A stretch of DNA of 64,000 bases from Verrucomicrobiota bacterium. GTDB taxonomy: Bacteria; Verrucomicrobiota; Kiritimatiellia; CAIQIC01; JAGNIJ01. The notes under the pieces were generated by a model that saw only the letters and a list, made by a program, of their open reading frames with translations, was not told where the DNA came from and made no database searches. The position numbers and the translations under genes are program-made. Each line of letters begins with the position of its first letter. Within the stretch, counting starts at the first letter, position 1. The stretch is taken from positions 2,708 through 66,707 of the forward strand of contig JAZDKK010000039.1 of NCBI GenBank assembly GCA_043803015.1, written 5' to 3'. Below, piece after piece: positions 46,652 to 55,589 of the stretch.

Positions 46652-46742
46652 CCCTCACCCCGGCCCTCTCCCGGAGGGAGAGGGAGGAAGCGGGCCACGC
46701 AAGACGGCATCCTCTCCCTCTGGGAGAGGACTGAGGTGAGGG
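46652..46742. repeat. nested palindromic REP-like element (outer CCCTCACC/GGTGAGGG stem enclosing two CCCTCTCCC/GGGAGAGGG hairpins)
   Basis: CCCTCACC 46652-46659. Inner hairpins at about 46664-46684 and about 46711-46729. GGTGAGGG 46735-46742. The architecture matches 51756-51858. Confidence 0.7.
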
Positions 46743-46761
46743 CGGACTTGAAGGAGGGCGT

Positions 46762-47652
46762 ATGGCGATTGCGCACCAGTTCGACTACGTGAAGCCGGCA
46801 AGCCTCGCCGAGGCGGTGAAGACCCTGCGGCGACATGGCAACCGGGCGCAGATCCTGGCCGGAGGGACGGACCTCATCAGCCTGATCGCCGAGGACATGG
46901 TGAAGCCCGCGATGCTGGTGGATATCAAGGGCATCAAGGGCCTCGATCGAATTGAGTTCAAGAACGGCGCTCTGAACATCGGGGCGCTTGCCACGTTCAG
47001 CGACCTCCGGGACTCGGCGATCGTTGCGAAGAAATTCCCCGTGATCCGCGAGATGACGGGTTGGGTTGCCTCGACAGGCATCCGCAACCGCGCGACGATG
47101 GTCGGGAACCTCTGCTCCGCGGTGCCCTGCTGCGACAGCGGCCCGATCCTGCTGGTCTATGACGCCGCCGTCCTCGTGGCCGGTCCGAGAGCCAAGCGGA
47201 GGATCCCTCTGGACAAGTGGTTCTTCGGTCCGCGCAAGACCGCCCTGAAGAACGGGGAGGTGGCGACAGGGGTGACGCTCCGCCTGCCGAGGAAGAGGAG
47301 TGCCGCCTGCTTTGTGAAGCTAAGGAGGTACCAGGGCGAGGACCTGGCGCAGGCCAGCGTGACGGTCATGGCGCTGGCCGGAAACGAGTACCGCATCGCC
47401 TTCGGGTCCGTGGCCCCCGCCCCCATTCGCGGCACCCGGATCGAGAAGCTGCTCCGCGGCAAGGAGCTGTCTGAGTCCCTGGTTCGCGAAGCGGTCAAAC
47501 TGGTGCCCAAGGAGATCGCACCCATCACGGACATCCGGTCGACGAAGGAATACCGCCTGCACATGGTGGGCGTGATGCTGGAGCGCGGACTCCGGGCCGC
47601 GGTGAGCCGGCTGAACGGCCGAGGTCCCGAATACGGAACAAGTCTGCTTTAG
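46762..47652 (+). CDS. FAD-binding subunit of a xanthine-dehydrogenase-family molybdenum hydroxylase (CoxM-like)
   Basis: 296 aa. ILAGGTDLISL. FAD-binding PCMH-type pattern. C-terminal CO-dehydrogenase flavoprotein-like domain. Confidence 0.85.
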   Translation: MAIAHQFDYVKPASLAEAVKTLRRHGNRAQILAGGTDLISLIAEDMVKPAMLVDIKGIKGLDRIEFKNGALNIGALATFSDLRDSAIVAKKFPVIREMTGWVASTGIRNRATMVGNLCSAVPCCDSGPILLVYDAAVLVAGPRAKRRIPLDKWFFGPRKTALKNGEVATGVTLRLPRKRSAACFVKLRRYQGEDLAQASVTVMALAGNEYRIAFGSVAPAPIRGTRIEKLLRGKELSESLVREAVKLVPKEIAPITDIRSTKEYRLHMVGVMLERGLRAAVSRLNGRGPEYGTSLL

Positions 47653-47722
47653 TTGTAGCGGCGCTTCTGCGAAGCGCCGTCTCGGGGCGCTTGGCACAAG
47701 CGCCCCTACAACGGAGAATGCG

Positions 47723-48196
47723 ATGAACAAACAGATCAGCCTGAAACTCAACGGGGAGAAGCGCTCCGTGGACGTTGAGCCCTCCGACATCCTGCTCGAT
47801 GTCCTGCGCGAGAAGCTCGGCATCAAGAGCCCGAAGGTCGGCTGCGAACGCGGCGACTGCGGCGTCTGCACCGTCCTGCTGGACGGCAAGACGGTTCGCA
47901 GCTGCCTCATCCTGGCGATCGAGGCGGACGGCCACGAGATCACGACGGTGGAAGGACTGGGCAAGGACGGGCTCACGCCTCTCCAGAAGTCGTTCCTCAA
48001 ACACAATTCCTTCCAGTGCGGGTTCTGCGCGCCAGGGATGGTGCTGGCTGCGACCGAACTCCTCGAACACAACCCGCATCCTGCGGAGGAGGCGATCAAG
48101 GAAGCGGTCTCGGGCAACCTGTGCCGGTGCACGGGGTATCAGCAGATCATCGATGCCATTGCCGAGGTGAACCGGAAAGCGGGGGCCGCAACATGA
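47723..48196 (+). CDS. [2Fe-2S]-binding small subunit of the molybdenum hydroxylase (CoxS-like)
   Basis: 157 aa. GCERGDCGVCTV, plus CGFCAPGM and CRCTGY cluster motifs. Confidence 0.9.
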   Translation: MNKQISLKLNGEKRSVDVEPSDILLDVLREKLGIKSPKVGCERGDCGVCTVLLDGKTVRSCLILAIEADGHEITTVEGLGKDGLTPLQKSFLKHNSFQCGFCAPGMVLAATELLEHNPHPAEEAIKEAVSGNLCRCTGYQQIIDAIAEVNRKAGAAT

Positions 48197-50619
48197 CCGA
48201 ACTCAAGTACGTCGGAAAATCGGCGAGCCGCATTGACGGGCTCGACAAGGTCACGGGAGCCGCCCAGTTCGTGGACGACCTCGATTTCGGCCCGAGGCTT
48301 CTTCACGGCGAGATCGTCGAGAGCCCCCACGCCCATGCGTTGATCCAGAGCGTCGACATCTCCGAGGCCGAGAAGGTGCCCGGCGTGGTGCGCGTGGTCA
48401 CAGGCAAGAACTTCCCCTACCGCTTCGGCCTGTACATGCAGGACCGGTACATCTTCCCCACCGACCGGGTGCGTTTCGTCGGCGAGCAGGTTGCCGCCGT
48501 GATCGCCCGCGATCCGAAGATCGCCAAGCGCGCGGCCAAGCTGGTGAAGGTTGTCTACAAGCCCCTCAAGCCCGTGCTCGACCTGGAGGCCGCACTCAAG
48601 GAGGGCGCGACGCTGGTGCATCCTGACCTCGGCAAGTACCAGCGAGTGCCCTGGTTCTTCCCCCAGGCCGGCACGAACATCGCGCACTGGCGAAAGACCC
48701 GGAAGGGCGACCTCGAGAAAGGCTTTGCCGAAGCGGACGTCGTTTTCCAGGACACCTACACGGTCCCGCGATACGCGCACTGCGCCCTCGAGCCGCACGT
48801 GATCGTCGGCCTGTACGACATGGCCGGCCGCCTCACGCTGTGGTCGGCCTCGCAGTCGCCGTACACGCAGCGGAACGTGTTTGCCGCCGCGCTGGGTCCG
48901 CTCGGGCTAGCGCACAAGGACATCCGCGTCGTGACCCCCTACGTCGGCGGCGGGTTCGGCGGCAAGGCGGGCGTCTCCATGGAAATCATCGGCGCCGCGC
49001 TGGCGATGATGGTGAAAGGGAACCCCGTCAAGGTCCGGTGGTCGCGCGCCCAGGAATTCTACAACACCTACCAGCGCCAGGGCGTCATCGCGCGGATCAA
49101 GATGGGGGTCAAGAAGGACGGCACCATCACCGCGCTGGAGCACACGCTGCATTGGGACGCGGGCGGCTACGTCGAGTACGGCGCGAACGTCGTCAATGCC
49201 GTGGGCCTCTCGGCCACCGGACCGTACCGCGTGCCGAACGTCAAGATCGACTCGGTGTGCGTGTACACCAATCTCCCGCCGGGCGGGCCCTATCGCGGCT
49301 TCGGGTACTCCGAATTCCACTTCGGACTCGAGTCGCACATTAACCGGATCGCCAAGCGGATCGGCATGGACCCGGTCGAATTCCGGCGGAGGAACGCCAT
49401 CCGCGAGGGCGACACGCTGGCGTACGGGGCGAAGATGAACCCGAGCGGACTCCACGAGGCGATCGACCGCGTGGCCCGGGAGATCGAGTGGGGCAAGAAG
49501 GAAGTCTCCAGCGATCCGGACAAGGCCATCGGCAAAGGTTTCGCCTGCTTCTGGAAGGCGCCCGCGATGCCGCCCAACGCCGCCTCGGCCGCTTTCATCA
49601 AGTTCAACGAAGACGGCAGCCTGAACATCAGCGTTTCGGGCATGGAGATCGGCCAGGGCTACCTGACGGTGATGGCCCAGATCGCGGCCGAGATCCTCAC
49701 GGTGCCGATCGGGCGCATCCGGATCGAGCCGCCGGACACCGACCGCAACGCCTACGAGTGGCAGACGGTCGGCTCCCACGTGACCTGGGGCTGCGGCAAC
49801 GCCGTCAAGGCAGCCGCGCTTGACGCGCGGGAGAAGATGTTCGAGACCGTGCACCGCGCGCACGGCTTCGACAAGAGCACGCTCTACCTGGAGGACGAGA
49901 AGGTCAAGTGCCGGGCCAAGCCCGATTTCGCCCTGCCGTTCAAGGATTTCGTCATCACCGGCATCCAGACCCCGCAGGGCAACTTCCTGGGCGGACCGAT
50001 CCTGGCGAGCGGCATGTTCATGCCGGAGTTCACCTCGGCCACCGGCGATCCCGAGACGAGCCAGGGCGGGCACCCGAACGTGCACTACACGGTGGGCGCC
50101 GCCGCCGTGAAGCTCGAGATCGACAAGCGGACCGGCAAGATGCGGGTGCTGAAAGCCACGCTGGCGGTGGACGCGGGCAAGGCCATCAACCCCGACCTCG
50201 TCAACAGCCAGGTCGTGGGCGGGATGGTCCAGGGCCTGGCTACGGTCCTGTACGAGGACATCCGTTATGACTTGAAGGGCAAGCTCCTCAACGCCAACTT
50301 CACGGACTACAAGATCCCCACGGCCATGGATATCCCCGACGAGATCGTGCCGATCATCATCGAGGTGGCCCAGCCTGACGGGCCCTTCGGGGCACGCGGC
50401 GTGGGCGAACACACCATGATCCCGGCGGCGCCCATCGTGGCGAACGCCGTCGAGGATGCCGTGGGCGTTCGGATGAAGAGCATGCCGATCACGGCCGAGA
50501 AACTTGCGCTCGAGCTCAACGGGATCAAGTACGAAGACGTGAAGGGCGACTACATGGGCCTTTGTTTCGCCGGCAACGCGGACGCCTACAAGTTCAAGAC
50601 GGCCTCGCCGAAGCGTTAG
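48193..50619 (+). CDS. molybdopterin-binding large subunit of the xanthine-dehydrogenase-family hydroxylase (CoxL-like)
   Basis: ATG 48193 overlaps the small-subunit stop (ATGA). 808 aa. a/b-hammerhead N-terminus. The motif GGGFGGK. C-terminal Mo-binding domains. Confidence 0.9.
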   Translation: MTELKYVGKSASRIDGLDKVTGAAQFVDDLDFGPRLLHGEIVESPHAHALIQSVDISEAEKVPGVVRVVTGKNFPYRFGLYMQDRYIFPTDRVRFVGEQVAAVIARDPKIAKRAAKLVKVVYKPLKPVLDLEAALKEGATLVHPDLGKYQRVPWFFPQAGTNIAHWRKTRKGDLEKGFAEADVVFQDTYTVPRYAHCALEPHVIVGLYDMAGRLTLWSASQSPYTQRNVFAAALGPLGLAHKDIRVVTPYVGGGFGGKAGVSMEIIGAALAMMVKGNPVKVRWSRAQEFYNTYQRQGVIARIKMGVKKDGTITALEHTLHWDAGGYVEYGANVVNAVGLSATGPYRVPNVKIDSVCVYTNLPPGGPYRGFGYSEFHFGLESHINRIAKRIGMDPVEFRRRNAIREGDTLAYGAKMNPSGLHEAIDRVAREIEWGKKEVSSDPDKAIGKGFACFWKAPAMPPNAASAAFIKFNEDGSLNISVSGMEIGQGYLTVMAQIAAEILTVPIGRIRIEPPDTDRNAYEWQTVGSHVTWGCGNAVKAAALDAREKMFETVHRAHGFDKSTLYLEDEKVKCRAKPDFALPFKDFVITGIQTPQGNFLGGPILASGMFMPEFTSATGDPETSQGGHPNVHYTVGAAAVKLEIDKRTGKMRVLKATLAVDAGKAINPDLVNSQVVGGMVQGLATVLYEDIRYDLKGKLLNANFTDYKIPTAMDIPDEIVPIIIEVAQPDGPFGARGVGEHTMIPAAPIVANAVEDAVGVRMKSMPITAEKLALELNGIKYEDVKGDYMGLCFAGNADAYKFKTASPKR

Positions 50620-50704
50620 CGCGCTGTAGGGGCGTTTCTGTGAGGCGCCCCTACAGCAGTTGAACTTGGCCCGCCTTTGGCTTAGCGTATCCGAGAGGGA
50701 CGGT

Positions 50705-51730
50705 ATGACCGCGTCTGCCATGTACGAGAAAATGAAGGCGAAGCTGGGCCACGTGGTTCCTGACGTGGAGTTGCGGTACAAGGCGGGGCTCGCCGAAGAG
50801 ATTCTGCGCCTGAAGAAGGAGCGGAAGGCGGTGATTCTCGCCCATAACTACATGGAGCCGGCGCTCTATCACTCGGTCCCCGACTTCACCGGCGACTCGC
50901 TCGAGCTGAGCCGGAGGGCGGCCGAGACCAAGGCGGATATCATCGTTTTCTGCGGCGTGAAGTTCATGGCCGAAACGGCCAAGATCCTGAACCCCGGGAA
51001 GACTGTTCTGATTCCTTCCGAGAAAGCAGGATGTTCGCTGGCCGAAGGCATTACCGCCGAAGACGTCCGGGACCTCAAGAAGCAGTTTCCGGGCGTGCCG
51101 GTGGTGACGTACGTCAACTCCTACGCGGATGTGAAGGCTGAGTCCGACGTGTGCTGCACGTCCAGCAACGCCGCCAAAGTCGTCCAATCCCTCAAGACCG
51201 ACCGCGTCATCTTTCTGCCGGACGAGTACCTGGCGCGCAACGTCGCCGGGGACCTGGGCTGGAAAGTCTTCTGCCCCAGCCGGGGAGAGACCCCGCCGGG
51301 ATCCGGGCCGTGGATGATCGCCTGGCCCGCCAAGTGCGAGGTGCACGAGCGGTTCATCGTGGACGACGTGAAGAACGCGCGCCGGCAGTTCCCCGACGTG
51401 ATGGTCCTCGCCCACCCCGAGTGCCACCCGGACGTGGTGGCGGCTGCAGATTTTGCCGGCAGCACCATGGCCATGGTGCGGCACGTCAAGCAATCCGGGG
51501 CGAAGCGCTACCTCCTGCTCACCGAATGCAGCATGGGCGACAACATCGCCGCGGAGAACCCGGACAAGGAGATGATCCGCATCTGCAGCATCCGCTGTCC
51601 TCACATGAACGAGATCACCCTCGAGGACACGCTGAATGCCCTCAAGCTGAATCGCTACGTCATCGAGGTGCCCGAGGATATCCGCGTGCGCGCCCTCCGC
51701 GCCGTCGAGCGGATGATCGAGATCGGTTGA
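50705..51730 (+). CDS. nadA: quinolinate synthase
   Basis: ILAHNYM, VFCGVKFMAETAKIL, TYVNS, HPECHP, TECSM: the classical NadA blocks. The start is chosen at ATG 50705, and the upstream ATG 50660 is also possible. Confidence 0.9.
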   Translation: MTASAMYEKMKAKLGHVVPDVELRYKAGLAEEILRLKKERKAVILAHNYMEPALYHSVPDFTGDSLELSRRAAETKADIIVFCGVKFMAETAKILNPGKTVLIPSEKAGCSLAEGITAEDVRDLKKQFPGVPVVTYVNSYADVKAESDVCCTSSNAAKVVQSLKTDRVIFLPDEYLARNVAGDLGWKVFCPSRGETPPGSGPWMIAWPAKCEVHERFIVDDVKNARRQFPDVMVLAHPECHPDVVAAADFAGSTMAMVRHVKQSGAKRYLLLTECSMGDNIAAENPDKEMIRICSIRCPHMNEITLEDTLNALKLNRYVIEVPEDIRVRALRAVERMIEIG

Positions 51731-51755
51731 TCCTTGCCGGTCGCCCGGAGCCAAT

Positions 51756-51858
51756 CCCCTCACCACAACCCTCTCCCCCAAGGGGAGAGGGAGGAACGGC
51801 GGCCCAGTCCGAGCAACCCCCTCTCCCCCGCGAGGGGGAGAGGGCCACGGTGAGGGGG
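51756..51858. repeat. nested palindromic REP-like element (same family as 46652-46742)
   Basis: CCCCTCACC 51756-51764. Two inner hairpins: CCCTCTCCCC-AA-GGGGAGAGGG and CCCCCTCTCCCCC-GCGA-GGGGGAGAGGG. GGTGAGGGG 51849-51857. Confidence 0.7.
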
Positions 51859-51867
51859 CGTGACAGC

Positions 51868-52617
51868 CTACACCCTTTCCGCCTTCGCCCCGAACAACCC
51901 CTTCAGGACGCCGGCGGTTTCGTCCGCGTACTCGTCGGTGAGCTCGTAGTCCCACCCCTGCTGGCGATAGAGCCACGCGATCTGGTTGCGGTAGTTGAGC
52001 GCGTCGATCAGAACGCTCGAGACGTGGGGGTTCACCGCCTGATACAGGGCCGTGGGGTTCATCGGCAGCATCGGCCCGATGAAAGCCCATGTCTCGAGGC
52101 CGGCCTCCCGCAGGCGCTTCAGGGTGGCGATCCGGCTGCCGATCGGCGGCGATCCGGGTTCAAGGATGCCGCGGATCTTGTCGTCGTCGGTGGGGATGGA
52201 CAAGCCGACGGATGCCTTGGCGGCGAGAAGGATGCCGATGTCCCTCGTCACGAGCGGCGACCTCGTAAGGATCTCGATCCCCCACCGGAAATCGCGGAGC
52301 GCCTCGAGGCACGCGCGCGTCAGCCTGTACCGCCGCTCGGCGGGCTGGTACGGATCGCACACGCTGGACAGCATCGCGCTGCCCCTTTGCCGCTTCCGTC
52401 CGAGCTCGTCCCGAAGGACCTGCGCGATGTTGACCTTCACCTCGACGAACTGTCCCCACGGGGTCGCGGCATGGTGGTGCGAGTACTTCCTCATGAAGAC
52501 CGCGTAGCAGTAGCGGCAGCCGTGCCCGCAGCCCAGGTAGGGGTTGATCACGTAGTCCACGCCCGGAATGCGCGACCTCACGAGAGCGCTCTTCGTCCTG
52601 ATCTCCGTGATGTCCAC
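51868..52617 (-). CDS. radical SAM protein of the SplB / DNA-photolyase-like group (function unknown)
   Basis: 249 aa, GTG start. The cluster motif is LGCGHGCRYCYA. Confidence 0.7.
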   Translation of the reverse strand: MDITEIRTKSALVRSRIPGVDYVINPYLGCGHGCRYCYAVFMRKYSHHHAATPWGQFVEVKVNIAQVLRDELGRKRQRGSAMLSSVCDPYQPAERRYRLTRACLEALRDFRWGIEILTRSPLVTRDIGILLAAKASVGLSIPTDDDKIRGILEPGSPPIGSRIATLKRLREAGLETWAFIGPMLPMNPTALYQAVNPHVSSVLIDALNYRNQIAWLYRQQGWDYELTDEYADETAGVLKGLFGAKAERV

Positions 52618-52653
52618 GGTACTCCCCCGGATGCGCGGTGAAGAAGTGCGACG

Positions 52654-53631
52654 CTAAGCCTCGAGCGTAGCCACGCTGAAGCCAGCCTCTTCAATCATGG
52701 CGCGGTCGGTCTCGTATCCCTGCCCGCTGGTCGTCAGGTACCCCTTGGTAAAAAGCGAATTGGCCGCATAGAGGGCCAGCGGCTGAAGATGACGGAGGCA
52801 GGCCTCCCGCCCGCCGGCGGCGCGGATGTCCCGGGTCGGATTCGCGAGCCGTACCATCGCCAGCGCGCGCAGTCCGTCCGCGGGCGTCGGCCTGGGGAGG
52901 TGCTCCATCGGCGTGCCGGGCCGCGGATCGAAGAAGTTGACCGGTATGGCGTCCACCTGGAGATCCCTCAGGGCGAAGGCCCATTCCACCCGGTCCTCGA
53001 GCGTCTCGCCCATACCGACGATGCCTCCGCAGCACGCCTCCATCCCGGCCGCTTTCGCCGCGCGTACCGTGGCCACCCGGTCGCCGTACGCGTGCGTATG
53101 GCAGATGGTCGGAAAGTACCGCTTCGACGTCTCGAGGTTGTGGTTGTAGCGGTCGACGCCCGCTTTCGCCAACTGCCGGGCCTGCACGGCCGTCAACATG
53201 CCCAGCGAAGTGCAGACCTTGAGAGGCAGATCGGCCTTGATGCGTCGGACCGCCTCGCAGACGGTCTCCATCTCCCTGGCGGTCGGCGACTTCGCACTGG
53301 CCACCATGCAGTACTTCACCGCCCCCAGCTTATGCGCCTGCCGCGCGCCCTCGACCAGGACATCCGCCGACCGCAGCGGATACCGGTCGACGCCGCTTTT
53401 CGCCGACGCCGACTGGCTGCAGAAACCGCAGTCTTCGCTGCACAGCCCGCTCTTCGCGTTCATCAGCACGTGCACGTTCACGCCGCGCCCAAAATAGCGG
53501 CGCCGGACCTCGAAAGCAGCCTGGAGCAGGGCCAGCAGTTCGTCGTCCGACGACCGGAGCACGGCCAGCGCCTCCGACTTCTTCAGCGCCACTTCGCCCA
53601 ACACTCTTTCAGCTGTCTCCTTCCAGTCCAT
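52654..53631 (-). CDS. bioB: biotin synthase
   Basis: 325 aa. CSEDCGFCSQS radical SAM motif. YNHNLETS. GGIVGMGET. Confidence 0.95.
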   Translation of the reverse strand: MDWKETAERVLGEVALKKSEALAVLRSSDDELLALLQAAFEVRRRYFGRGVNVHVLMNAKSGLCSEDCGFCSQSASAKSGVDRYPLRSADVLVEGARQAHKLGAVKYCMVASAKSPTAREMETVCEAVRRIKADLPLKVCTSLGMLTAVQARQLAKAGVDRYNHNLETSKRYFPTICHTHAYGDRVATVRAAKAAGMEACCGGIVGMGETLEDRVEWAFALRDLQVDAIPVNFFDPRPGTPMEHLPRPTPADGLRALAMVRLANPTRDIRAAGGREACLRHLQPLALYAANSLFTKGYLTTSGQGYETDRAMIEEAGFSVATLEA

Positions 53632-53706
53632 CGCACTCCGCCTTTGATTAGGGCCCTGATTCAGATTACGATGAGCAGGAAACGGATTGGGTCACGCCCT
53701 GTCAAT

Positions 53707-54879
53707 ATGAATCGCGAGAACTGGATATCGGAGGTGCTCGCCGGGCTCCGCGAGAAGGGACTCGAGCGCAAGCTCCAAGTGTACCCCGAGTCCGGGGGCC
53801 GAGTCCGTCTCGGCGACCGAACCTACCTCAACTTCTCTTCGAACGACTACCTCGATCTCACGCATCACCCCAGGGTCCTCGCCGCGGCCGAAGATGCCGT
53901 GCGTCGCTTCGGAGCCGGCTCCGGCGCGTCCCGGCTCGTAACCGGAACTCTGCCCATCCACGAAGAACTCGAGCAGCGCCTGGCCGGCTTCAAGGGCTAC
54001 CCGGCGGCGCTCGTGTTCGGCAGCGGTTACCTGGCCAACACCGGAACGATCTCCTCCCTGGTCGGCCGGGGGGACGCGGTGTTCGCCGATAAGCTCTGCC
54101 ACGCCAGCATCCTGGATGCCATTACGCTCAGCCGCGCGAAGCTGATCCGCTTCCAGCACAACGATCCCCAGCACCTCGAGGAGCTCCTGCGCAAGCGCCA
54201 GGCCGCGGGCCGCCGGCTGGTGGTCACGGAATCCGTGTTCAGCATGGACGGCGATCTCGCGCCCCTCCCCGAACTGTGCGCGCTGGCGGAGAAACACGAC
54301 GCGATGATCATGGTGGACGAAGCCCACGCCACAGGCGTGTTCGGACCCCGCGGGAGCGGCCTCCTTCGCGAGCATCACCTCGAGTCGGCGGTCAACGTCT
54401 CCATGGGGACCCTGAGCAAGGCGATGGGCGGGTACGGCGGATTCGTGGCCTGCTCCACGGCGCTCCGCGACCTCCTGGTGAACCGCGCGAGAGGTCTCAT
54501 CTACACCACGGCTCTGCCGCCCGCCGCGGCCGGCGCCGCGCTCGGCGCGCTGGACGTGCTGGGCCAGGAGACGGATCTTGGCGAGCGCCTGCTTCTGCGG
54601 GCCGCCTTCTTCCGCAAGCATCTCGCGGCCGCGGGGCTGGACACCATGCAGTCGGCCAGCCAGATCATCCCCCTGCTTGTGGGCAACAACGCGAAGACCC
54701 TGGCACTTTCGCAGCGTCTCCGCGAGCAGGGCCTGCTTGCCGCTGCCATCCGCCCGCCCACCGTTCCGGCCGGAACGGCGCGCTTGCGCCTGTCCGTGAC
54801 GCTTGCCCATACCGAGGGCGACCTGAAAGCCGCGGCGGATACCATCGCGGCCTCGGCGAGGGCGGAGGGCTTGATGTGA
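53707..54879 (+). CDS. bioF: 8-amino-7-oxononanoate synthase
   Basis: YLNFSSNDYL, GSGASRLVTG, DEAHATG, and the PLP lysine context GTLSKAMG. An alternative start is ATG 53671. Confidence 0.9.
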   Translation: MNRENWISEVLAGLREKGLERKLQVYPESGGRVRLGDRTYLNFSSNDYLDLTHHPRVLAAAEDAVRRFGAGSGASRLVTGTLPIHEELEQRLAGFKGYPAALVFGSGYLANTGTISSLVGRGDAVFADKLCHASILDAITLSRAKLIRFQHNDPQHLEELLRKRQAAGRRLVVTESVFSMDGDLAPLPELCALAEKHDAMIMVDEAHATGVFGPRGSGLLREHHLESAVNVSMGTLSKAMGGYGGFVACSTALRDLLVNRARGLIYTTALPPAAAGAALGALDVLGQETDLGERLLLRAAFFRKHLAAAGLDTMQSASQIIPLLVGNNAKTLALSQRLREQGLLAAAIRPPTVPAGTARLRLSVTLAHTEGDLKAAADTIAASARAEGLM

Positions 54880-55589
54880 GCAGGCCACGGATCGTCCTGG
54901 TTTCCGGCTGGGCCCACCCCGCAGAGACCCTGCAGCCGCTGGCCGACAAGCTGTCCGACGCGCTGGCCGCCACCGTGCTCCCGGCTTCCGACGACCTCGT
55001 GCGGGTTCTCCAAGCGAACGCGGCGCCGTGTCTTCTGCTGGGCTGGTCCCTGGGCGGGATGAAGGCCCTGGAAGCTGCGTTGCACTTTCCAGGGAAGGTT
55101 TCGGGCCTCGTTCTGGTCAGCGCTACGGCACGATTCTGCAGGGAGCAAGACTACCCTTGCGGCGTCGATCGGAGCGAAGTCCGGGCGATGGCGCGTGCGC
55201 TTCGGCAAACTCCTGGGGATGTTCTTACGCGCTTCATGGAGACGGCCGCGCGGCCTGTGGAGGAGCCGGCGGCCTCGATCCGCTCCAAGGTCGCCGACGC
55301 GATGGCCCGCGGCGCGGACCGCCTGAAGGCCGGGCTGGCCTACCTTCTCGACACCGATCTACGCATGGCGCTGGAGTCCCTGCATCAGCCGGTCCTGCTC
55401 TTGCACGGCAGGGAGGACGCCATCATCCCTTGGCAGGCTTCACAGCACCTCGCAAACCTGCTAAGAAACAGTCGGCTGGTTCTGCTCGACGGGCTCGGGC
55501 ATGATCTTCCCATCCGCTGCCCGCAGCCCGTGGCTGAACAGGTCATCGCGTTTGCGCAGGCACTGCATGAATCTCGACCGGCACAGTGA
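54876..55589 (+). CDS. alpha/beta hydrolase, BioH-like pimeloyl-ACP methyl ester esterase by context
   Basis: GTG 54876 overlaps the bioF stop (GTGA). The nucleophile elbow is GWSLGG. HG..D and GH lie near the C-terminus. It sits between bioF and bioC. Confidence 0.65.
   Translation: MSRPRIVLVSGWAHPAETLQPLADKLSDALAATVLPASDDLVRVLQANAAPCLLLGWSLGGMKALEAALHFPGKVSGLVLVSATARFCREQDYPCGVDRSEVRAMARALRQTPGDVLTRFMETAARPVEEPAASIRSKVADAMARGADRLKAGLAYLLDTDLRMALESLHQPVLLLHGREDAIIPWQASQHLANLLRNSRLVLLDGLGHDLPIRCPQPVAEQVIAFAQALHESRPAQ

Noticed and set aside
46652-46742. A structured element lies directly upstream of the molybdenum hydroxylase genes. I considered it as a Moco-type riboswitch.
   Set aside because: The same element occurs downstream of nadA, and related units occur at 4.1 kb and 19.6 kb in unrelated contexts. 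I cannot recognise the conserved Moco motif. It behaves as a dispersed repeat.
38858-52090. Several long minus-strand ORFs (529, 384, 430, 522, 252, 624 and 479 aa) lie opposite the 38.6-51.7 kb operon.
   Set aside because: All are antisense to genes with strong family signatures (thiolase, FdrA, DUF1116, cyclase, Mo-hydroxylase, NadA). All show the usual high-GC antisense composition.
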